64,000 bases of DNA from an uncultured Bacteroides sp. (lineage in GTDB: Bacteria > Bacillota > Clostridia > Oscillospirales > Acutalibacteraceae), in contig CAZHSE010000001.1 of assembly GCA_964535085.1 (NCBI GenBank), positions 230,956-294,955 on the forward strand, given 5' to 3'. Every line of letters starts with the position of its first letter. Within the stretch, counting starts at the first letter, position 1. Under the pieces are notes generated by a model. That model saw nothing but the letters and a program-made list of their open reading frames with translations. It made no database searches and was not told the origin of the DNA. A program made the position numbers and the translations under genes. Of the stretch, positions 18,440 through 27,533 are shown piece after piece.

Positions 18440-19627
18440 ATGAAAACTCTTTATATAGAATGCAACATGGGTGCAGCAGGTGATATGCTTTGCGCAGCAC
18501 TTTATGATTTGATTGATGATAAAAAATCTCTTGAAAGAGAAATAGCTTCTATCGGACTGCCTTTAACTTCTGTCACTTTTGAAAATAGAAATAACGGGGG
18601 TATTTCGGGAACTTACTGCAGGGTTGTTTGCAGCGGAGAGATTGAAACTGAGGAAAATAGCAGACACTCAGACAGTCATCATAAATCCCGAGACATTTCC
18701 TCGGTGATATCAATAATTAACAGTCTTAATTTAAACGATAAAGTCAAAGCTGATGCGGTAAGCATCTACAATATTATTGCCGATGCGGAGAGTAGGGTTC
18801 ACGGTAAAACGGTTAGTGAAATACATTTTCATGAGCTTGGTATGCTTGACGCAATTGCCGATGTTGTTGTTTGTTCCTATTTGATAAATAAAATTTCACC
18901 GGATGAAATTTTAGTGTCCTCGGTAAATGTGGGCAATTCAACCGTAAAATGTGCCCACGGTATTTTGCCTGTTCCGGCGCCTGCAACAGCCGAGATATTA
19001 AAGGGGATACCTTTTTATAAAAGTGAATTCAATACCGAGCTTTGCACTCCAACTGGAGCTGCACTTTTAAAATATTTTGCTGATGAATTTACAGCTTTTC
19101 CGCGGATTAATGCCGAAAAAACAGGCATCGGACTGGGGTGCAAGGAACTGACTTCTCCAAATATTCTGAGAGTATTTTTGTCAAATCAGGAGAAAACAGA
19201 TAGCATTACAGAGCTTTCCTGTAATATAGACGATATGACAGGGGAGGAGCTTTCTTTTGCTTGTGACAGCATATTTGATGCAGGTGCTTTGGATGCTTTT
19301 ACCACTCCTGTGTTTATGAAGAAAAACAGACCTGCTTATATGCTCACCGTTATTTGTAAAATTTCGGATAAAGAAAAAATTGCAGAATGTATTTTTAAAA
19401 ATACAAAAACATTAGGTATAAGAGAATATAATTGTTCACGTTTAATACTTTCAAGAACCGTTAAAAAGGTTAATACTCCTTTGGGAGAAATTTCTGTAAA
19501 ATATAGCTATGGCTATGATACCGAAAATATTAAAATCGAATATGAAAGCATAAAAAATATTGCACTTGAAAATAATTTATCGTTTTCTCAAGCAGAAAAA
19601 TTGCTGTATAATTATCTGTCTGATTAA
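18440..19627 (+). CDS. larC: Nickel insertion protein LarC
   Basis: GAAGDML, IHFHELG..DAI.D, HGILPVPAPAT, TPTGAA and CNIDD motifs. Confidence 0.93.
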   Translation: MKTLYIECNMGAAGDMLCAALYDLIDDKKSLEREIASIGLPLTSVTFENRNNGGISGTYCRVVCSGEIETEENSRHSDSHHKSRDISSVISIINSLNLNDKVKADAVSIYNIIADAESRVHGKTVSEIHFHELGMLDAIADVVVCSYLINKISPDEILVSSVNVGNSTVKCAHGILPVPAPATAEILKGIPFYKSEFNTELCTPTGAALLKYFADEFTAFPRINAEKTGIGLGCKELTSPNILRVFLSNQEKTDSITELSCNIDDMTGEELSFACDSIFDAGALDAFTTPVFMKKNRPAYMLTVICKISDKEKIAECIFKNTKTLGIREYNCSRLILSRTVKKVNTPLGEISVKYSYGYDTENIKIEYESIKNIALENNLSFSQAEKLLYNYLSD

Positions 19628-19732
19628 TAGAAAATTAATATTTTTTGTTCTAATATTAATAAATTATACAGTATTTTGTGACAATGTTTACAGTTTGTTC
19701 ATAAAATATGGGCATTTCTGACGATTTTTTTG

Positions 19733-19761
19733 TTGAAATTTAATACTGATAATGGTATACT
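19733..19761 (+). promoter_or_regulatory. Sigma-A promoter
   Basis: TTGAAA-17-TATACT with TG extension. Confidence 0.7.
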
Positions 19762-19790
19762 ACTAATAGATTTATAAGGGGGTAACTGCC

Positions 19791-20672
19791 TTGAGTAAAG
19801 AAGTTAAAGATGCAAAAAAAACTGCCAAAAAAGAGGCTAAACTTGCTAAGAAGGAAGCTAAAGCTGAAAAGGCAAATGCTAAGTATAGGGCTAAGGCTGA
19901 TAAAAAACATGCTAAGGCTTATAACAGCTTTGTAAAAGACACCGAAAAGAAGAATGCAAAGCTTCAGGCTAAAGCTACAAGCGACGGTAAAGATTTCGTT
20001 CCGATTGCAATTCCTGCAATAGATGAATTCCAGACCAAGAAGGAAATCAAAGCAGCCAAGGCTACTAAAAAAGCATATGCTAAATATGTTAAAAAGATTG
20101 AAAAGAAAAATGCAAAGACTGAAAAGAAGTGTGCAAAGAAGGGTAAGCCTTATGTACCTATTCAGATTCCCGACGAAGAGGAATTTGCTAATTCAGCTGT
20201 AAATGAGAACAAGACAGGTAAGGTTATCCTTATGATAATCCTTCTTCTCCTTATCTGGTTCCTTATTTACTTTATGATTATGTACATAAATTATGAGTAT
20301 GTTGCTCCTACTTCAGTTGAGCCTGAGACCACTGCTTCAGAGGATGCAGGAGGTCCGGCAGGTGACTATGAGTTTTATACAAATCCTCATGAGATTACAA
20401 CTACACCTGATTATAATATTGCTGATGCCAAAAAGCTCCTTCAGCAGACACTTCAGGATAACTGGAAGCAGTGCGGATTTAAGGCTGACCCGTCTAACGA
20501 TGCTATTTCTTTCAACAACAGAGTTGAGACAATCAACAGCGGAGACTGCTTTATGTTTACCTGCGGCGGTAAGACTTTTGCTGTATCTGTTAAACTTGCA
20601 GCTGTATATTATTGCCATGATGGCGAATATACACCGCTTTCATTCAACGATACAAATATTCTCTTTGAATAA
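19791..20672 (+). CDS. Single-pass membrane protein with Lys/Ala-rich repeated N-terminal region
   Basis: TTG start after AAGGGGG; TM helix around aa 143-166; two internal repeats of about 45 aa. Confidence 0.8.
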   Translation: MSKEVKDAKKTAKKEAKLAKKEAKAEKANAKYRAKADKKHAKAYNSFVKDTEKKNAKLQAKATSDGKDFVPIAIPAIDEFQTKKEIKAAKATKKAYAKYVKKIEKKNAKTEKKCAKKGKPYVPIQIPDEEEFANSAVNENKTGKVILMIILLLLIWFLIYFMIMYINYEYVAPTSVEPETTASEDAGGPAGDYEFYTNPHEITTTPDYNIADAKKLLQQTLQDNWKQCGFKADPSNDAISFNNRVETINSGDCFMFTCGGKTFAVSVKLAAVYYCHDGEYTPLSFNDTNILFE

Positions 20673-20689
20673 GATTCGTTTATTATTTC

Positions 20690-20716
20690 AAAAGACCTTC
20701 TTTTTGAAGGTCTTTT
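20690..20716 (+). terminator. Intrinsic terminator
   Basis: aaaagaccttc-ttttt-gaaggtctttt. Confidence 0.8.
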
Positions 20717-20766
20717 GTTATTTTCCGAAAATTCGGTAATAAATATATTGTTTAAAAATAAAATTT

Positions 20767-20826
20767 ATTTCCTATTGACAAGGTAGGAAATAAGTGCTAT
20801 TATTTCCTATTGAAAAGGTAGGTATA
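20767..20826 (+). promoter_or_regulatory. Sigma-A promoter overlapped by two operator palindromes (Rrf2/IscR-like)
   Basis: TTGACA 20775-80, 17 nt, TATTAT 20798-803; atttcctattgacaaggtaggaaat and atttcctattgaaaaggtaggtata 35 bp apart. Confidence 0.75.
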
Positions 20827-20831
20827 TTGAT

Positions 20832-22007
20832 ATGAGAGTTTATGCTGATAATGCAGCCACAACAAAATTAAGTGACAGCGCATTAAAATCAATGATGCCG
20901 CTTCTTACTGATATTTACGGAAATCCGTCGTCTTTGCATTCAATCGGACAGACAGCAAAGGAATATCTTGAAGAGGCAAGGGAAAAGGTCGCCGAATCAA
21001 TCGGTGCCGACCCTAAAGAGATATATTTTACTTCGGGCGGAAGTGAAGCTGATAATCAGGCAATAAGATCTGCCGCTGCAATCGGTGCAAAAAAAGGAAA
21101 GATGCATATTATTTCCTCAAAGTTTGAGCACCATGCAGTTTTGCACACTTTGAATGCTCTTGAAAAGGAAGGCTTCAAGGTTACACTTCTTGATGTTTAT
21201 TCAAATGGAATTGTTAAGCCTGATGATGTTAAAAATGCCATAACAGACGAAACCTGTCTTGTTACAATTATGATGGCAAACAATGAAATAGGAACTATAC
21301 AGCCGATTGCCGAAATTGCCGATATATGCAGAGAAAAGGGTGTGCTTTTCCATACAGACGCCGTTCAGGCTGTAGGTCATATTCCTGTAAATGTAAAGAA
21401 TTTGAATGTTGATATGCTTTCCGTATCTGCTCATAAATTTCACGGACCTAAGGGCGTAGGCTTTCTTTATGCAAGAAAGGGACTTCTCCTCAGAAATATT
21501 ATTGAGGGCGGTGCACAGGAAAGAGGCAAGAGAGCCGGCACGGAAAATATGGCTTCAATAGTTGGTATGGCAGCGGCTTTAAAAGATGCTGTTGATAATC
21601 TTGAAGAAAATTCAAGAAAAGTTACAGCAATGAGAGACAGGCTTATTGACGGTCTTAAAGGAATTGAAAAAAGCAGGATTAACGGTGATCTTGAGCATCA
21701 TCTTCCCGGAACTCTTAATATGTGTTTTGAGGGAATTGAGGGCGAAAGTTTGCTTCTTCTTCTTGATCAGAAGGGCATTTGTGCATCAAGCGGTTCTGCC
21801 TGTACAAGCGGAAGCCTTGACCCGTCGCATGTACTGCTTGCTATTGGGGTTCCTGTTGAGATTGCTCACGGTTCTCTCCGTCTTTCAATAAGTGAATATA
21901 ACACTATGGAGGAAATGGATCATATTGTAAATTCCGTTCCTCAGGTTGTAGAATATCTTCGTTCAATTTCACCTGTCTGGGAAAAAATAGTTAAGCAAGT
22001 GAAATAA
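20832..22007 (+). CDS. nifS: Cysteine desulfurase NifS/IscS
   Basis: YADNAATT, GNPSS, HTDAVQ, SAHKFHGPKG and SSGSACTSG motifs. Confidence 0.95.
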   Translation: MRVYADNAATTKLSDSALKSMMPLLTDIYGNPSSLHSIGQTAKEYLEEAREKVAESIGADPKEIYFTSGGSEADNQAIRSAAAIGAKKGKMHIISSKFEHHAVLHTLNALEKEGFKVTLLDVYSNGIVKPDDVKNAITDETCLVTIMMANNEIGTIQPIAEIADICREKGVLFHTDAVQAVGHIPVNVKNLNVDMLSVSAHKFHGPKGVGFLYARKGLLLRNIIEGGAQERGKRAGTENMASIVGMAAALKDAVDNLEENSRKVTAMRDRLIDGLKGIEKSRINGDLEHHLPGTLNMCFEGIEGESLLLLLDQKGICASSGSACTSGSLDPSHVLLAIGVPVEIAHGSLRLSISEYNTMEEMDHIVNSVPQVVEYLRSISPVWEKIVKQVK

Positions 22008-22035
22008 ATCCAATGCTTAGGAGGAAAAATAAATT

Positions 22036-22473
22036 ATGGCTCTTTATTCAGAAAAAGTTATGGACCACTTTACAAATCCACGTAATGTTGGTAAAATAGA
22101 GGACGCAGACGGCGTCGGTGAGGTAGGCAACGCAAAATGCGGAGACATTATGAAAATGTATATTAAGGTAAACGACGACGGCATTATTGAGGATGTTAAG
22201 TTCAATACCTTTGGCTGCGCATCTGCTATTGCATCAAGCTCAATGGCTACGGAAATGATTAAAGGTCAGCCTATTGACAGAGCACTTGAGCTTACTAATA
22301 AGGCAGTTGTAGAAGCACTTGACGGTTTGCCGCCGGTAAAGGTTCACTGTTCCGTTCTTGCAGAAGAGGCTGTGAAAGCAGCTGTAAAGGATTATTATGA
22401 TAAGAAGGGGATTGCATACGATCCTGCTCAATTTTGCGGCGGAGACTGTGCACACTGCGGAGAACACGAATGA
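22036..22473 (+). CDS. nifU: Fe-S cluster scaffold NifU/IscU
   Basis: YSEKVMDHFTNPRNVG, CGD, FGCASA and KVHCSVLAE motifs. Confidence 0.95.
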   Translation: MALYSEKVMDHFTNPRNVGKIEDADGVGEVGNAKCGDIMKMYIKVNDDGIIEDVKFNTFGCASAIASSSMATEMIKGQPIDRALELTNKAVVEALDGLPPVKVHCSVLAEEAVKAAVKDYYDKKGIAYDPAQFCGGDCAHCGEHE

Positions 22474-23381
22474 TTAAAGACGTTCAACAAGAGATAATCA
22501 AGCTTAAAAAGGAAAAGGATATCTGTATCCTTTCACATTGCTATCAGTCGCCTGAAATTCTGGAGATTGCTGACTTTACAGGGGATTCCTTTGCACTTTC
22601 CGTTGAAGCATCAAAGGTTAAGAATAAAACCGTTATTATGTGCGGAGTAAGATTTATGGCAGAGACTGTTAAAATTCTTTCTCCCGAAAAAACCGTTTAT
22701 CTTGCCAACCCTGATGCAGGCTGTCCTATGGCAGAGATGATGGACAGGGAAGTAATTTCTCTTGTTAAGGAGCAGTATCCCGATTATACGGTTGTTGCTT
22801 ATATCAATACAACAAGCGAGCTGAAGACAGTCTGTGATGTTTGCGTAACATCTTCTTCAGCTTTGAAAATATGTAAAAAGATTGAAAATGATAATATTCT
22901 CTTTATTCCCGACTGTAATTTAGGCGATTGGGTTTCAAAACAGCTTCCTGAAAAGAATTTTAAGCTTTTGAACGGCGGCTGTCCTACTCATGCAAGAATG
23001 TCGGAAAAGGATGTTATAAATGCTAAAGAAAAGCATCCTGACGCACTTTTCCTTGTACATCCCGAATGTATACCTGACGTTGTTAAACACGCGGATTATG
23101 TCGGTTCAACAACGGGTATTATGAATTTTGCAAATGAAAGCAAGGCAAAAGAGTTTATAATCGGAACAGAAAACAGTATTGTAACTCATCTTCAGTTGTC
23201 TTGTCCCGATAAGCTCTTTTATCCGCTTTCAAAGGACTGTGTTTGCCATAATATGAAAGCAACAACTCTTGTTGATGTGCTCAACTGCTGTAAAGGCATT
23301 TTCGGCGAGGAAATTATCCTTAAGGAAGATGTTTATGAGAACGCAAAAAAATGTATTGATGAAATGATAAGGCTCGGTTAA
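22470..23381 (+). CDS. nadA: Quinolinate synthase
   Basis: HCYQ, GDS..LS, CGVRFMAE, AGCPMA, YINT, CPTH, HPEC and CHNMK motifs; start at ATG 22470 overlapping the nifU stop. Confidence 0.92.
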   Translation: MIKDVQQEIIKLKKEKDICILSHCYQSPEILEIADFTGDSFALSVEASKVKNKTVIMCGVRFMAETVKILSPEKTVYLANPDAGCPMAEMMDREVISLVKEQYPDYTVVAYINTTSELKTVCDVCVTSSSALKICKKIENDNILFIPDCNLGDWVSKQLPEKNFKLLNGGCPTHARMSEKDVINAKEKHPDALFLVHPECIPDVVKHADYVGSTTGIMNFANESKAKEFIIGTENSIVTHLQLSCPDKLFYPLSKDCVCHNMKATTLVDVLNCCKGIFGEEIILKEDVYENAKKCIDEMIRLG

Positions 23382-24446
23382 ATGAATAAAAAAGTTATAA
23401 TCGCTATGAGCGGTGGCGTTGATTCCAGCGTCGCTGCTTTTTTGATGAAAGAAAAAGGCTTTGATTGCATAGGCGCAACAATGAAGCTGTATGATAATGA
23501 TGAAATAGGGCTCAGTAAAGAAAAAACCTGCTGTTCTCTTGATGATATTGAGGATGCAAGAGCTGTTGCAAGACGGCTTTCAATGCCTTATTATGTCTTC
23601 AATTTCAAGGATGAATTTGAAGACAAGGTGATTTGCAAGTTTGTTTCTGCCTATGAAAACGGCTCAACCCCGAACCCTTGTATTGACTGCAACAGATATC
23701 TGAAATTTGAAAAACTTTTTCAGCGTATGAAAGAGCTTGAATTTGATTGTATCGTAACAGGGCACTATGCAAGAATTGAGGAAAAAGACGGCCGGTTTTA
23801 TTTAAAGAAAGCTGTTGACAGTTCAAAAGACCAAAGCTACGTTCTTTACTCTCTTACCCAGTATCAGCTTTCACATATACTTTTTCCCCTTGGAGATTAT
23901 ACAAAAAATGAAATAAGAGATATTGCCGAAAAGCAAGGATTTTTGAATGCAGGAAAAAAAGACAGCCAGGATATCTGTTTTGTTCCCGACGGTAATTATA
24001 CCGCTTTTATTGAAAAGTTCACCGGGAAAAAATATCCCCCCGGTGATTTTGTCGATATCAACGGCAAGCCTATCGGAAGGCATCAGGGAATTATCCGATA
24101 TACAAACGGACAGCGAAAAGGCTTGGGGGTTGCTTTCGGTCAGCCGATGTATGTTGCAGGGAAGGACGCAGAGAAGAATACAGTCACCCTCTGTACTAAT
24201 AATGAGCTGTTTTCGAGAGAACTTAAAGCTGTTGATTTTAACTGGATTATTCCGACCCCCGAAAAAGAAATTCATTGCTCGGCAAGAGTAAGATATAATA
24301 TGACGGAAAAGCCTGCGGAGGCTTATATCAATGATGATAACAGCGTAAGGGTTGTTTTTGACGAACCTCAAAGAGCAATTACAAAAGGACAGGCAGTGGT
24401 TTTATATGACGGTGATATTGTTCTGGGCGGAGGTACAATAGTTTAA
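23382..24446 (+). CDS. mnmA: tRNA 2-thiouridylase
   Basis: SGGVDS, TPNPCIDCN, TGHYAR, KDQSY, DSQDICF and GQRKGLG motifs. Confidence 0.95.
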   Translation: MNKKVIIAMSGGVDSSVAAFLMKEKGFDCIGATMKLYDNDEIGLSKEKTCCSLDDIEDARAVARRLSMPYYVFNFKDEFEDKVICKFVSAYENGSTPNPCIDCNRYLKFEKLFQRMKELEFDCIVTGHYARIEEKDGRFYLKKAVDSSKDQSYVLYSLTQYQLSHILFPLGDYTKNEIRDIAEKQGFLNAGKKDSQDICFVPDGNYTAFIEKFTGKKYPPGDFVDINGKPIGRHQGIIRYTNGQRKGLGVAFGQPMYVAGKDAEKNTVTLCTNNELFSRELKAVDFNWIIPTPEKEIHCSARVRYNMTEKPAEAYINDDNSVRVVFDEPQRAITKGQAVVLYDGDIVLGGGTIV

Positions 24447-24593
24447 ATTATATATAATGAAAACAGTGTAGTTATTATACAGCGTCATATTGAAAAAATA
24501 GCAGAATTTCTAAATAAAAAAGCATATATTCTCAACTATTTTTAATTAAATATGCTAAAATAACCTGAGAAAGTTTTTTTGAGAGGTAACCTT

Positions 24594-25487
24594 ATGTTCT
24601 CTAATAAAAAATATATTAATGCTGTAAATTCAAACGGAATATTCAATAATACCTATGAAACAAGAATACCTCAGACTGTTGCTTCAAAGGCAATACTCAG
24701 CCATTTTGAAAAAGCTCGGAAGAAACCAAAATGCCTTTTTATAGGCTGGGACGGATGCCGTGCCGACGCTATGAAGTATCTGATAAAAAGTGATAACAAG
24801 AAAGTCAGCGGTGCAAATGATACTGCCGTTTGCAGCGCAGTATCTGCCTTAAAGGATAACGGCGGCTTGTATATTACATACGTAGGCGGAGAAGAAAATG
24901 ACCCGCAGGAAACAAGTACGGCTCAGGGCTGGGCATCTGCACTTTGCGGTAAGTGGATGAAAAAGCCTTGGAAGCAGGGGATTGATTGGACACTTGATGA
25001 GGAATATCCCACAGTTCTCAAAACTTTATCACTTAAAGGATATAAAACCTCTTTTAGTGCAATTTGGCCCATACATTTTGACAATACATATAAAAATGAA
25101 ATTGAATATGCACAAAGCAAAAATTTAGATCAGTATTTCTATAAGTTTGAAACTGATTTGGAATTATGTGAAAATCTCAAAGATAGGATAATAAGCGGTG
25201 ACGATTTTATATTCGGTATTATTGAAAATCCCGATATGAACGGACACGGTACAGGCTTCGGTGACGATAATTACAGATACGTTTCAGGTGTTTGCAATAT
25301 AGACAGGCTTTCCTATAAATTAATTTTTGAAATCAAAAACAGAAAGACATTTGACAAAGAGGACTGGCTTGTTGTTATCGGTTCAGACCACGGCGGACAT
25401 TCCACAAGACACGGTACACAAAATATTCAGGACAGAACGACGTTTCTTGCTTTGTCAAAGCCTATTGAGGATTTAATCAATGATTAA
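24594..25487 (+). CDS. Alkaline phosphatase superfamily protein (nucleotide pyrophosphatase/phosphodiesterase-like), apparently cytoplasmic
   Basis: FIGWDG, TSTAQGW, PDMNGH and SDHGG metal/nucleophile motifs; no signal peptide. Confidence 0.75.
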   Translation: MFSNKKYINAVNSNGIFNNTYETRIPQTVASKAILSHFEKARKKPKCLFIGWDGCRADAMKYLIKSDNKKVSGANDTAVCSAVSALKDNGGLYITYVGGEENDPQETSTAQGWASALCGKWMKKPWKQGIDWTLDEEYPTVLKTLSLKGYKTSFSAIWPIHFDNTYKNEIEYAQSKNLDQYFYKFETDLELCENLKDRIISGDDFIFGIIENPDMNGHGTGFGDDNYRYVSGVCNIDRLSYKLIFEIKNRKTFDKEDWLVVIGSDHGGHSTRHGTQNIQDRTTFLALSKPIEDLIND

Positions 25488-26721
25488 GTATTCATTAAAT
25501 GATATCAAAAAGAGCAGACTGATTGTAATTGCCTTATGGCTTGTCTATGCATCGGCATATTTCGGAAGGACCTGTTATTCGGCTGCTATTGCTACCATTG
25601 TCAGCGAAGGAATTTATGAAAAAAGTCAGATAGGACTTGTCGGTACTGCATTTTTTATTTGTTACGGAGCAGGACAGATAATAAGCGGTATTGCAGGCGA
25701 CAGGGTTAATCCCTTTGCAATGGTGTTGCTGGGGGCACTCGGAAGCTCTGTCTGCTGTTTTTCCATGGCATTTTCAAAATCACTTTTGCTTATGGCTATG
25801 ATTTGGGGTATAAACGGTATTTTTCAGTCAATGCTTTGGGCTCCTCTTCTGCGTGTCTTTTCTCAAACGATAAACAGTAAACTCCGTGAAAAAGCAGTGC
25901 TCAATATTGCTCTTTCTTTGCCTTTTGGTACAGTATGTGCTTATCTTACTTCAACACTTATAATTAAATATTCAACCTGGAATAATATTTTTATATGCGG
26001 TTCAGCTGTTATTTTCGCAGCATTTTTGTTCGGGCTGGTATCGGTTCTTTATTCAAAAAAATCATTTACAAAAGATATTATAAAATCAGATAAGTCAGAT
26101 AAAAACGTCAAATCGGGATTTCTTCCCGTAATTGTGTCGTCAGGGCTTTTAATAATTATTATGCCGTCCTTCCTTCACGGAATGATGCGTGACGGTATAA
26201 CAAACTGGGTACCTACAATGATAACTGAGGAATACGGTGTTGTTACGTCATTTTCGGTATTTTTGACAGTGATTCTCCCTGTTTTTAATGCTTTTGGTGC
26301 ATACGTGATTACACCGCTGTACAAAAAGCTCGGATGCAACGAAATGAAAACAGCAGGAGTTTGTGCACTTTTTGCCCTTGTTCCGATGATTCTCTTGCTT
26401 TTAATCGGTAAAATTCCTGTTATTGTTTCAATTATTCTTTTGGCATTAACAACAATGTCGATGTATTCATTGAATTATCTTATTGTTTCACGTGTTCCTG
26501 TAAGGTTTGCAGAGTACGGTCACACCTCAAGCGTAACGGGAATATTAAATTCTTTCGCTTATGTTGGCTGTGCACTGTCATCATATGGCTTCGGCGCAGT
26601 TTCACAGAAAGCCGGCTGGAACGCAGTAATAATAATCTGGATTGTATCAGCGGTCTGCACCTCACTGTTTTCATTCATTTCAAACAAAAAATGGAAAAAT
26701 TTTATCAACCCTAATATTTAA
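25480..26721 (+). CDS. MFS transporter (OPA/GlpT-like)
   Basis: 12 TM; YGAGQIISGIAGDR, WGINGIFQSMLWAP and WVPT motifs; overlaps the upstream gene. Confidence 0.8.
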   Translation: MIKYSLNDIKKSRLIVIALWLVYASAYFGRTCYSAAIATIVSEGIYEKSQIGLVGTAFFICYGAGQIISGIAGDRVNPFAMVLLGALGSSVCCFSMAFSKSLLLMAMIWGINGIFQSMLWAPLLRVFSQTINSKLREKAVLNIALSLPFGTVCAYLTSTLIIKYSTWNNIFICGSAVIFAAFLFGLVSVLYSKKSFTKDIIKSDKSDKNVKSGFLPVIVSSGLLIIIMPSFLHGMMRDGITNWVPTMITEEYGVVTSFSVFLTVILPVFNAFGAYVITPLYKKLGCNEMKTAGVCALFALVPMILLLLIGKIPVIVSIILLALTTMSMYSLNYLIVSRVPVRFAEYGHTSSVTGILNSFAYVGCALSSYGFGAVSQKAGWNAVIIIWIVSAVCTSLFSFISNKKWKNFINPNI

Positions 26722-26776
26722 CTGACATTTGTCACAGATACGTTTGAAAAATAATTTAATAATATATTTTAATTAA

Positions 26777-26827
26777 AAAAACAACTCCTTCGCAGTAAAT
26801 AATAAATACCCTAAAGGAGCTGTTTTT
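26777..26827. terminator. Bidirectional hairpin with large loop between convergent genes
   Basis: aaaaacaactcctt ... aaggagctgttttt. Confidence 0.55.
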
Positions 26828-26842
26828 ATTTTGTATGTAAAT

Positions 26843-27523
26843 TTATGAACGGATTGCTTTCGGCGATTTTTCTCTGTCAATAAACATTAAGCAAAATGCG
26901 ATAATCAGTATTACACAGCAAATCAAAATTGCTTTTTCTTCAATCAAATTTTCAAAAAAATTCCCGACAATTGCACCTATTACAAAGAATACAATTATTC
27001 CGTAATAAAGCAATCCCTTTTTCAGCACTGTCTTCTTTTTAGTGCGCATATACAGACTTAAACATTCCGTACCGCTGCGTAGATTACCTATACACATTGT
27101 GGTTGCAATACTGTTGCCGTGAATTTTTCTAAAACTTTCGACCTGAATTCCACAGGCAAGTGAGGTGATTGAATTTGCGAAGAGATTAGCTTTCTGCGGT
27201 ATAAAAGCTACTGAAAAAAGAGTGATTATTTCAATGGCAATGCTGATTTGTCTCCAGTGGAAGAGCGAAGAATTTGTATTGCTTTTTACAAAAACCGAAA
27301 GTGCAATTCCTATCGCAAAAGATATTATCGGAATAAAATAGTGAAAAGCTGTTATAAAATTACCGGATGCCAGATTAATGCCCAGAAGGAGCATATTGCC
27401 TGTTTGTGCATTTGCGAAAACTTCACCTCTGCAAATATATGAATATGAATCCATGAATCCTCCGGCAAGAGCCAGAATAATTCCTATTTCAACCGATTCA
27501 CTTATCTGAAATTTTGATTTCAT
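26843..27523 (-). CDS. YoaK/DUF1275 family membrane protein
   Basis: GGFMDSYSY, VFANAQTGN, CGIQ and TTMCIGNLR motifs; start taken at ATG 27523 after a GAGGA SD. Confidence 0.85.
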   Translation of the reverse strand: MKSKFQISESVEIGIILALAGGFMDSYSYICRGEVFANAQTGNMLLLGINLASGNFITAFHYFIPIISFAIGIALSVFVKSNTNSSLFHWRQISIAIEIITLFSVAFIPQKANLFANSITSLACGIQVESFRKIHGNSIATTMCIGNLRSGTECLSLYMRTKKKTVLKKGLLYYGIIVFFVIGAIVGNFFENLIEEKAILICCVILIIAFCLMFIDREKSPKAIRS

Positions 27524-27533
27524 TGCCGTTTCC

